Positions 55,485 through 64,000 of a DNA stretch of 64,000 bases are shown here, one piece after another; the first letter of the stretch is position 1; the number at the start of each line of letters is the position of its first letter. Source of the stretch: a virus (lineage: Duplodnaviria > Caudoviricetes); the IMG/VR virus record IMGVR_UViG_3300014205_000173. One strand, written 5' to 3'. A program made the position numbers and the translations under genes. Under the pieces are notes generated by a model. The model searched no databases, was not told the origin of the DNA, and saw only the letters and a list, made by a program, of their open reading frames with translations.

Positions 55485-56779
55485 ATCTCTTTTAATATTT
55501 TTTCAGCTTTATCTATACATTTACTCCAAGTGTACTTTTCCTGTATTAAATTTTTCATATTTTTATTTTTTTCAATAGCAACGCCATAATTCTCCATAAT
55601 ATCTCGCATATACCCCCTAACAGCATCAATTGTTTTTTTACCAAATCTAGGAAATTTTTGTCCAAAAAAATCTCTAGTTATCCATCCCTGCCACTCTGGA
55701 ATATCATTACAAACGACCCACTCATCAACACTAATTGGATATGAATTTTTACTATCTATATAATCAGTAAATCCAGTGTGAAATGGAGCAACTAATGGCA
55801 GCCCCATTTGACTAGCTTCAAGTGCAGGAAGACAGTATCCTTCTCCTCTGCTTGTGCTAATAAAGACATCTCCAAGTTTATATAAACTTGGCATTAATTC
55901 TTGATCAACATAATCACTACACCAATATATTGGCGCATGATTCTTATTTCCCAATTCATTTAATATTCTTAAAATATCATTTTCTATTGCGTCTTTAAAT
56001 TTTTGTTCATGAGACATGGATGCATGACGACTAAAAATTACTAACGAAACATTGTCTTTTTTAGAGAATTCTTCTATGTAAGACTTTAACAAAACATCAA
56101 ATCCTTTTCTAAAACTCCATCTAAATACTGATAGAAATTTAAATCCTGTAGGTTGATCAGGAACCTCATTTAGTTGAGCAACTGATTGGTTTAAAAAAAC
56201 TTTAAAATTAAAACACATATTTTTAATTACATAACTTTCATCAAAATAAATATCATCGACACCTATAGGCATAACTTCTATTGGTAATTTCATACCATTT
56301 CTTAAAAAATCATTTTTATTATATTCCGTTGGTGTCCAGCAAAGATCATAGTAATGATTGCACCTTTCAATAAAAGGTTTGTTCGTATCTTTTGATTCCA
56401 TCATAGAATATATGATGTTCTTTTTAAATTTAGGAATATTCCAAAGAGGTAAATGTGCAACAACACTAATTTGATTTGGATTTAAATATGGAATTCCTTT
56501 ATGTTGACCTTTATTATCTTTTATAATAATTCTTTTACTATTTAAAAATTTTTTTTCTTCTTCAGAAATTTCACAACTACCCCTAATCGCTTCAAATCCA
56601 ACCCTCCAACCTCTATCTGTAAGTCCCCTTATGTAATTTCTAGACATTAAAGCATATCCACCATAATCAAAACCAGTTGAAGTCCATACCACTTGTGGAT
56701 TTTCAACCCCCGGATTTATAATTTCATATGGAATTTTTATATTCGGAATTCTAGGTCTTTCACAATCTAAACTTTGCAT
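55478..56779 (-). CDS. GT4 glycosyltransferase
   Basis: GGYA, RKGFDVLL, SRGEGYCLPALEA..G.P, YTW. Confidence 0.9.
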   Translation of the reverse strand: MQSLDCERPRIPNIKIPYEIINPGVENPQVVWTSTGFDYGGYALMSRNYIRGLTDRGWRVGFEAIRGSCEISEEEKKFLNSKRIIIKDNKGQHKGIPYLNPNQISVVAHLPLWNIPKFKKNIIYSMMESKDTNKPFIERCNHYYDLCWTPTEYNKNDFLRNGMKLPIEVMPIGVDDIYFDESYVIKNMCFNFKVFLNQSVAQLNEVPDQPTGFKFLSVFRWSFRKGFDVLLKSYIEEFSKKDNVSLVIFSRHASMSHEQKFKDAIENDILRILNELGNKNHAPIYWCSDYVDQELMPSLYKLGDVFISTSRGEGYCLPALEASQMGLPLVAPFHTGFTDYIDSKNSYPISVDEWVVCNDIPEWQGWITRDFFGQKFPRFGKKTIDAVRGYMRDIMENYGVAIEKNKNMKNLIQEKYTWSKCIDKAEKILKEIC

Positions 56780-56790
56780 AAAGTTCCTTT

Positions 56791-59700
56791 TTATAATAAA
56801 AACTCAGGAATCCAATTAAACCTAGAATAAAAAACATCTTCAGAAATATTACTTCCACTAGAATCTATATTCCTATAAATAGAATACCAATTTGTCTGGG
56901 AATTTTCTGAAACCTTAAACGGATGAAAAAAAACTTTTCCAGAAAGAGATGGTATGTTTTTTACCTGAGTTAAATCAAATTGTCTAAAAACCAACTTACT
57001 AACATCATTTGAATATAAGATACCTGTACCGGGATTATCTTGGCCAATATAAATTTTAGAATCAATTTGGTTCATATAGTTAAAAAACGCATAAAAATCA
57101 CCGCCATCTTGCTGAACAACACTTAACCATAGCCATCTAGAAGCATATGCGGGATGAGTTTCAAACCAAAAATCACTATTAAAAGCATCTTCCCTTATAT
57201 CTGATGGGAAAAAATTATTAGATTCAAACGATGATCGTCTTGGAGAATATGATTTAGGTAGTTCTTCAGAACTATTCGTAAAAGCAAATGTCAAAACATT
57301 AGATCCCGTAGTATCTAAATTATTAATATCTGAAAATCTATAACAAAAAAGTCCTAAAACCGGTTTTTTACTATTACTTTGACCGTAAAACCAACCTAAA
57401 TAATAAATTCTATGATCAGTATTTGAAATTTTTATATAATTTGGGCAATACGAATAATATATCGTTGTTCCGTTTGCAGTTCCTCCAAAAGTGTTTGGGA
57501 CTACATTTTTTTTGAAAAAGTTTCTTGTATCAAAACCGTCATCATTAGCATACATGATTCTTATATTTTCGCCACCAGACATTGAATTAGATTCTGATGT
57601 ATTAATTAATCCTAAAAACTCTTCTCTTTGATTTAACTCACGAACAGTGTCCGGCAAACTTGAAACGATTGTAGATTGTGACAAAAGATATTTATTATTT
57701 AACACATCTTTTTGTAATGGATATTTTCCTGAGTGTCCAGAGTAAAATAATTTATAATCAGCACCGTCTCTATAGATAAACGGATCTTTCACAACAAATG
57801 CATCTGGTATTAAAGAAGAAAAAATTGATGTTTTTTCTAAGGTGTATCCAAATCTAAAATTAGAAGAAGAAATATATTGCCACATAGTTCCAAAAAACCA
57901 GTCTCTATACTTCTTACTTCTTTCTGTTGGAATAATGTCTGATTCAGAGTTTAAAAACTTATATTTTTCGTCATAAAATCCTTGAACTGTATCTCCATTG
58001 AGATTTGATATTTTTGAATCATTTAACGATATAATATTCTCAGATTTATAATCATCTTCAGAACCAATTGTTTTCATGTAATGAGTACCATAGAAAATAT
58101 TGAAATCTGAATAGTTTGATACTCTAAATCCTGAAAATGAACATCTTTTGTCTGAAACCATTAGTGAAACATTGCTACTTTCAGGTGTTATGTACGGGGT
58201 TACTCTTGTATCTTTTGGTGTAAAACTGGGTCTTAAAGAAATTATATCAAAATGATTTAATGGGAAACCTTCTGAATTTTCTTTTAAAGGAGCGTTTGAA
58301 ACAATACCAAAATTGTTAGAGCTAGAGGCATCTTCAATAAGAGCTATTTTATATATTTTATTTTTTAAAGAATCCTCACTATTCCTTATTCCAGATTCCC
58401 TGCCGAAATCAATCCAAATAGGAGAACTCCATGCTACATGTCCATTAAATTGTGTGACTTTCAGGTAATATACATATTCTTTACCACTAACTCCTTGATT
58501 TGATATTTCTGTTTCAATAAAAGTAAGGTCTCCTGAATCACTACCAAAATCAACCTTATTTAACTGTGTTTCTGATGTTGAGAATGTATCTAAAATATTT
58601 TTAAAACTATTAAAGTTATCAACTTCAAGCTTAACTATTTGAAATCTACTAATATTAGAATTATCTCCAGCCGCTCTAAACTTAAAAGAAATAGATTTTA
58701 ATGGTGTTAAAGTTGTTGTGTCTGTTGACGTATCTTTAAATTGTTTTCCAATTCCAATTGGTATATCTCCATAAAATGCCTGAAACTCTAAATATATTCT
58801 TGCACCTGTTGTTGCATAGCAAGATCTGTTTTTCAACGCATTAAAAACATTTTCTCTAGATATATTAGAGGTTATTACTGCCGTTATACCTCTGTTGTTT
58901 CCTGAAGATATAGAAGGTAAAGTAACCTTACTTGATCTATCTCCAAGATAGTATCCTGGGCGAGAAGAATATCCACCAGAATTTGAAATAAACGCAAACT
59001 TTTTACCCATCTGAAGAGCATAATTAACATATTGTGAATTTTGACTTATAGAAAAATTTTCATTGACAAATTCTGTTTGATTCTGTATTCCTCCATGATC
59101 TGAAAAAATTTCAATAGCAGATTCTTTTATAGAAATAAAGTCACTTGAATCTGAAACAGGAGAATAAGACATTATTGTTCTGTAATTTTCAAAATCAAAT
59201 CCCCTAGAATTAAATATTGTACTAGACTGATCATTTTCATAAGCAGTATGAACTGGATAAGAAATTACATCATAGTCTCTTATGTCGGAAATCAATTGTT
59301 CGATCTGTGATTTTGCACTAGACAAGTCCTTGGGGCTTGTTGGCTTAGTGTCTGGAATATCATCAAAATTACCAAATAGCACAACTCTCTCACCGAAGTA
59401 ATCTTGCGATCTATGTCTAATTCCGGGTATTAAAATAATTTCATCAGTACTCTGATCTAAAGTTTCTTTTTTTATAAAATCCCATTCTTCTTGATCTATG
59501 CTGTCTATATCGTCAGAAGTTCCTAAAAAACTAATTTGAGAAATATTTTTTGAATAATTTTTAATAAACTCTATAGATTGTCTACCATCAGAATGTATTG
59601 TTGGTACATTAAAATCACCCCAATATATATTCGTTATAGATCCCATTGGTTGTACTTTTATTGGATTGCTCTTGTATTCAGAACCATTAAATTTCAATAA

Positions 59701-62700
59701 AATTCTAACAAAACCAGAAGAAGATTCTTGAGTTGAAACTGTTATTACCTTACTCCCATTATCTTCTTCCAAAAATTCATAAGAACTTTGATCAAAACTT
59801 CCAAATCCAGAACTATCAAATTCCAAATTTACTGTTCCCAAATAAGATCTAGATATTAAACCCAAAGAATCTACAGCTAAAACATTTATTTTAAATGGAG
59901 TTCCAGCAGAAACCGTTGTAGGAGCAATAACAACACCCTTTACTGCCACTGATCCACAAAAACTTAAGTTAGGAGATAATGGTTTATCAAAACCATTAAA
60001 ATCACTATCATTTGCTGTGACATCTGAGTTTTCAGAACCCTCAACTAAAGATACAGAAGGGATTGTTCCTATGTCGTTTGAATCTCCGATAATAAATGTC
60101 GTTTCTATTTCTCCAACAACTTTTTCTGTTTTATCAAACAATAAATTTTCTTGATAAAAATAAGTATTAATACCAGTTCCACCAAAAGAGGTGTCACCAA
60201 GAATAATTGTCATAGACCCATTTGATTGAAATATTTTTGACGAGTAAGTGGTATTTATTTGAAATAAAAGTTCTTCTGAATCAGAATTTGATATAGAAAA
60301 GTTATCAGTTTCAACGTTTATAGATACATAATTTTGACCTGATGGAGAAATAACATTATATGGTTCTAAAAACAAATTTTGTTTATAAAATTTAAAACTA
60401 TTTAAATCTTCATCTGTACTTAAATTAATTCTAAGTCCATTTGTTAAAGAAACAACACCGTTTGAAAAACTATTTTCAGATCTATTTATATATTGAGCTG
60501 TTATAATGCCTGTTGAATTTAGTGTCGAAGATAAATTTGATGGAGAAATTCTACCAAAAACATCACCTTCACCTAATTGAGAAGAAACCAGAGGAAGAGG
60601 ATTCCTTTGAGTAGTAGTTGTCCTTGGATCATCATAATATGTCCATGCAATATCATGCATTTTGAATGTTTTATCTTCGTCTGTATAGTTTGTAACTTTT
60701 GCACCAACCCTATATACAGAATTTGTGTTTGTAAATTTAGATTTATAAATCTTTGATAATCCTTGTTTTTCAAAGAAAATAATACGACCAAGACTTGGTA
60801 TACAAAAATATTTAGAAGAAGAAATTGGTTCGGTAAGATCTTGTATCCCTTCTGTTGCGTCAAAAACGCTTATTCCAAAATCTTGTGGCCAAGCACCACC
60901 CTCCAATACATAAAAGAATCCGTCTTCAGTTATTAAATTTTCCCAGTTCTTTCTCTTAACAATCATCCTTTTACCATGAGGAAGTTCTTTGTAAAAATCA
61001 TAATTAGTAGAATCGGATTCTAAAAATCCAAAATTTAAAACAACTTCTTCTGTTGTAAAATTTCCAAGCAAACAATCATCTATTGAGTTTATTTGAAATT
61101 CAAAAATTTCTTTTTCTGTATCCGTTTCTTTAGATTTATAAAAAATAAAACTTTCTTTTGGATTTATATGAGTTATTTGTATTTGTTTTATTTCAGGAGA
61201 GCACGAAGATAAAATTGTATTTAGAGTTATTTGTATTTGAAAATATTTCCCAAATAAATCAATAATATTATCCTGATTTGAAGTAAGATTTTCTATCCAA
61301 TCAGTCCAAATATCTTTGTCCTTTGAGGCTCTAATCTTATAAGTAACTGTTGTTTCTGGAGGAATATTTGAATCTATTTTTATTTTTGTAAAGTTTTTAA
61401 ATTCATCATATTTTATTATTTTATTCCAAGATCCAGTTCTTTCTCTATACTGTTCTTTTTCCAAAAAAATATCAGATATTTCAGAAAGTAAGTTTTCACT
61501 AAATCCAGCCAAATAAACATTAACATTTTCTCTAGACTGTTTTATTGAATTTAAATATTCATAATTTATATTATAACCAACTGTAACTATATATATTTTG
61601 CTTCTAAGATTTTGAAACTCAGAGTTATTTTGTATTAAATATTCTATAGATTTACCTACAGTTGAATTAAATCCATCAGTAATTATAAGCAATATTTTAT
61701 CTGACTCACTAAATCTTTTAGATATTATATTCCCTATTTGATATTCAAATTCTCTATTTTCATAAGAAAAATCAGAACCGCCATGATTTATAGATTTTGA
61801 AATTAAATTAATAGCTTCATTTAATGGTGTTTGATTGCCTTGAAAATTTATACTTTTTAAATTTTCCAATTCACTTAAAACAAAAGTGTCACTTGATGTA
61901 AACCCTTCTGTTATGTTAACAATTCCAGAAATGCTAAACTCATCCTCTAAAAGTCCACGTCCTTGTGCGTAGTTTTTTATTTTTTGATATTCAGAGTCAG
62001 AAAGACCAAATGTAACTAGCTGATAAAATGGTGTTGATGTTGCTGTGCTTGAAATTTGAGAAACAATCTCCTTTGCCATATCAATTCTTTTAAAATCAGG
62101 ATCATTGGAAGACATACTTCCAGAGCAATCTAAAAGAATGCTAACTGCTGCATTTGAAAATTTAGTAGATTCAACAAAGGCATATATAATTCTACTATTT
62201 AACGGATTCGTCAATATGAATTTTACTCTTTTTTCATCAAGCCTACTTGAAATATTGCTAAAATTTCCACCACCATTACTTGATATAAACACTCCTCCAT
62301 GTTGAGCAACAAACAGTTCTTGTGAATTTGAAATATTTGGAAGGATTCTTGTTGTTTTACTTTTAAGAAGTCCCTGAGAATAGAAAGTATCATACTCACT
62401 CATTCCTTCAAATTCAAAACTATCAACAAAAATATCACCAGAATCTGTAGACCTAAAAAATCCCTCGTTATTTCCAACATAAACCTTGTTGTTTTCCAAA
62501 AGAATTGTATTGGCTTGAGAAATAGTTTCTCCACCAACTTGTGACCAAAAAGAACCATTAAATCTATATATTCCATTTTCTGATGCTATAAAAATTAATG
62601 AGGTAAAGCTATCACCTTCAGAAGTGTATTCATACCCATATCCATATCCGTAAGAATTATAAAAATCTATTTCAAAGCTATCAAAACCATATCCTATTGA

Positions 62701-63999
62701 ATATCCATCAACATTAAGAACATCAAAATAATCTAATCCACTACCATAGCCATACCCATATCCATATGTTATTCCTGAAGTTCTATCTCCAGAAATCTGA
62801 TTAACAACTATTCCATCAGGCAATCCGTCATTAATAGATGACCAAGACAAACCCTGATCTAAGCTTCTATAAACACCATTATCTGTTCCAACTAATATCT
62901 CTGTATTTGACAAGAAAATGACATCATTAATAATTCTACCCTTCAATCCTCCAGAACCAAAAGGAAGATCATTTACAAGGACCCATAAAACAGAGTTTGA
63001 CTCAATCAAACCTTCGGTTATTGTTGCAACATATACGCATCCTTTTTCGGAAGAATTTGTGTTGTCAAAAGCTATTGCAATATCTCCATCTAAGCTAAAT
63101 TTGACGGAACTAATATTTCTTACAGAATTATCATCAAGTAATAGTCCAGATATATTTTCATTCCAAGTAGATCCTGAATTTGTACTAAAATAAACTCCAG
63201 AATAATAATTTGAAGATACCAGCCAGCACATTGCACGGTTCGTATTTCCTGCTGGATTTATTATATCTGCATAATTACAGTCATTAACAGATAAATAAAA
63301 GTTACTTTCTGACCAGTCTACCTGATAGGATTTAGATCCTTCTACAAAAAGAGAAGAAATATCTGCACTATAAATTCTTTTTCCAGAATCACTTATTGAT
63401 ATATAATTTCCAGAAACATCTACTGAATTTCTTGATGCGATAATAAAGTCTTGTCTATTTGATAAGGTTGAAACCTCTTCCAAACCACTTGGAAGATTTA
63501 CAAAAACTGTTTTACTATTTTCTTGATCTGTAAAATCAAAAACATCATCAAAAACAATATCGTTAAAATTGCTATATATTTTAAAGTTTCTCTTTATATT
63601 TATATCTGAAATAAAATCTACAGTTTCAAATCCATATGCATATTCTGCCGATGATGAATTTGATTGTATGTCAAAACCATACCCCAACAAATCTCCCTCA
63701 AAGCCTAAAACGTTAAAGTAATCTAAAGGATCGTCATAACCATACCCGTATCCATATCCATAAACATAAGATTCATTATATGCATTTCCTTCAGATGGAA
63801 ATGTTGTAAAAGAATAATCCGAAGAAAAAGAGTAAACTTGTTTATTCGTGGTAATATTTGAAGAAAAAACCCATTCAACAAAATTCTTTTTAAAAAACTC
63901 TTCGTCTGGTAATTCGTCATTTTTCCTTTGAGTCAAAACCATTGAGTAGTAATCTGGATCTAATAATAAGCTTCCAAAATCAAAAACGTACCACCCCTC
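56791..63999 (-). CDS. giant multidomain probable virion protein, 5'-truncated by the window
   Basis: frame open upstream of ATG 63942 (EGWYVFDFGSLLLDPDYYS); Asp-boxes SxDxGxxW/F; vWA MIDAS LDCSGSM..TPL..ITDG; PHP/DUF3604-like YWGD..SDG, CYATTGARI, AWSSPIW. Confidence 0.8.
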   Translation of the reverse strand, partial: EGWYVFDFGSLLLDPDYYSMVLTQRKNDELPDEEFFKKNFVEWVFSSNITTNKQVYSFSSDYSFTTFPSEGNAYNESYVYGYGYGYGYDDPLDYFNVLGFEGDLLGYGFDIQSNSSSAEYAYGFETVDFISDINIKRNFKIYSNFNDIVFDDVFDFTDQENSKTVFVNLPSGLEEVSTLSNRQDFIIASRNSVDVSGNYISISDSGKRIYSADISSLFVEGSKSYQVDWSESNFYLSVNDCNYADIINPAGNTNRAMCWLVSSNYYSGVYFSTNSGSTWNENISGLLLDDNSVRNISSVKFSLDGDIAIAFDNTNSSEKGCVYVATITEGLIESNSVLWVLVNDLPFGSGGLKGRIINDVIFLSNTEILVGTDNGVYRSLDQGLSWSSINDGLPDGIVVNQISGDRTSGITYGYGYGYGSGLDYFDVLNVDGYSIGYGFDSFEIDFYNSYGYGYGYEYTSEGDSFTSLIFIASENGIYRFNGSFWSQVGGETISQANTILLENNKVYVGNNEGFFRSTDSGDIFVDSFEFEGMSEYDTFYSQGLLKSKTTRILPNISNSQELFVAQHGGVFISSNGGGNFSNISSRLDEKRVKFILTNPLNSRIIYAFVESTKFSNAAVSILLDCSGSMSSNDPDFKRIDMAKEIVSQISSTATSTPFYQLVTFGLSDSEYQKIKNYAQGRGLLEDEFSISGIVNITEGFTSSDTFVLSELENLKSINFQGNQTPLNEAINLISKSINHGGSDFSYENREFEYQIGNIISKRFSESDKILLIITDGFNSTVGKSIEYLIQNNSEFQNLRSKIYIVTVGYNINYEYLNSIKQSRENVNVYLAGFSENLLSEISDIFLEKEQYRERTGSWNKIIKYDEFKNFTKIKIDSNIPPETTVTYKIRASKDKDIWTDWIENLTSNQDNIIDLFGKYFQIQITLNTILSSCSPEIKQIQITHINPKESFIFYKSKETDTEKEIFEFQINSIDDCLLGNFTTEEVVLNFGFLESDSTNYDFYKELPHGKRMIVKRKNWENLITEDGFFYVLEGGAWPQDFGISVFDATEGIQDLTEPISSSKYFCIPSLGRIIFFEKQGLSKIYKSKFTNTNSVYRVGAKVTNYTDEDKTFKMHDIAWTYYDDPRTTTTQRNPLPLVSSQLGEGDVFGRISPSNLSSTLNSTGIITAQYINRSENSFSNGVVSLTNGLRINLSTDEDLNSFKFYKQNLFLEPYNVISPSGQNYVSINVETDNFSISNSDSEELLFQINTTYSSKIFQSNGSMTIILGDTSFGGTGINTYFYQENLLFDKTEKVVGEIETTFIIGDSNDIGTIPSVSLVEGSENSDVTANDSDFNGFDKPLSPNLSFCGSVAVKGVVIAPTTVSAGTPFKINVLAVDSLGLISRSYLGTVNLEFDSSGFGSFDQSSYEFLEEDNGSKVITVSTQESSSGFVRILLKFNGSEYKSNPIKVQPMGSITNIYWGDFNVPTIHSDGRQSIEFIKNYSKNISQISFLGTSDDIDSIDQEEWDFIKKETLDQSTDEIILIPGIRHRSQDYFGERVVLFGNFDDIPDTKPTSPKDLSSAKSQIEQLISDIRDYDVISYPVHTAYENDQSSTIFNSRGFDFENYRTIMSYSPVSDSSDFISIKESAIEIFSDHGGIQNQTEFVNENFSISQNSQYVNYALQMGKKFAFISNSGGYSSRPGYYLGDRSSKVTLPSISSGNNRGITAVITSNISRENVFNALKNRSCYATTGARIYLEFQAFYGDIPIGIGKQFKDTSTDTTTLTPLKSISFKFRAAGDNSNISRFQIVKLEVDNFNSFKNILDTFSTSETQLNKVDFGSDSGDLTFIETEISNQGVSGKEYVYYLKVTQFNGHVAWSSPIWIDFGRESGIRNSEDSLKNKIYKIALIEDASSSNNFGIVSNAPLKENSEGFPLNHFDIISLRPSFTPKDTRVTPYITPESSNVSLMVSDKRCSFSGFRVSNYSDFNIFYGTHYMKTIGSEDDYKSENIISLNDSKISNLNGDTVQGFYDEKYKFLNSESDIIPTERSKKYRDWFFGTMWQYISSSNFRFGYTLEKTSIFSSLIPDAFVVKDPFIYRDGADYKLFYSGHSGKYPLQKDVLNNKYLLSQSTIVSSLPDTVRELNQREEFLGLINTSESNSMSGGENIRIMYANDDGFDTRNFFKKNVVPNTFGGTANGTTIYYSYCPNYIKISNTDHRIYYLGWFYGQSNSKKPVLGLFCYRFSDINNLDTTGSNVLTFAFTNSSEELPKSYSPRRSSFESNNFFPSDIREDAFNSDFWFETHPAYASRWLWLSVVQQDGGDFYAFFNYMNQIDSKIYIGQDNPGTGILYSNDVSKLVFRQFDLTQVKNIPSLSGKVFFHPFKVSENSQTNWYSIYRNIDSSGSNISEDVFYSRFNWIPEFLL

Positions 64000-64000
64000 T

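Noticed and set aside
33928-56779. Bacterial O-antigen or capsule locus
   Set aside because: No wzx/wzy/wzm/wzt, initiating transferase or chain-length genes; contiguous and co-oriented with phage genes
3829-63193. All plus-strand ORFs in the track
   Set aside because: Short, antisense to motif-bearing minus-strand genes, with the F/L/I/S-rich composition typical of antisense AT-rich frames
63940-63942. ATG 63942 as the true start of the giant protein
   Set aside because: Frame stays open to the window edge and there is no SD; the start is probably outside the window

Overview
AT-rich window that reads as part of a large (jumbo-type) bacteriophage genome. Essentially all real genes are on the minus strand, densely packed, with Shine-Dalgarno sites, sigma70-like promoters and the standard genetic code (TAA/TAG/TGA all used as stops). 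(1) 1-33.9 kb is an accessory region with three components. One is an ADP-ribose toolkit: WGR-PARP, ARH/DraG, macro, NADAR, Nudix and a Tpt1-like ART. Another is a six-member paralog family with a conserved Cys/His head and 3-7 variable 21-aa YD-like repeats. The third is eight tRNA genes, four of them structurally atypical (C33 in Glu and Gln; long variable arms in Cys and Trp). The 22.3-23.4 kb RNA cluster holds the most unusual elements. A 417-nt group I intron there has exons that form only an isolated tRNA-Asn-like anticodon hairpin, and a tRNA-Trp-like cloverleaf is nested inside the intron. The cluster also has a 144-nt tRNA-Sec-like RNA with no anticodon and an unassigned structured RNA. 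Most promoters in this region carry a GGCC box just upstream of the -35 hexamer. (2) 33.9-56.8 kb is a 22-gene glycan island: Gmd, ColD-like, DegT, about 12 glycosyltransferases, methyltransferases and three radical SAM enzymes. One GT is frameshifted at a T9 tract. (3) From 56.8 kb to the end is a >2400-aa probable virion protein (Asp-box propeller, vWA, degenerate PHP, YG repeats) whose frame is open past the window edge. All assignments come from motif reading by eye; no searches were run.
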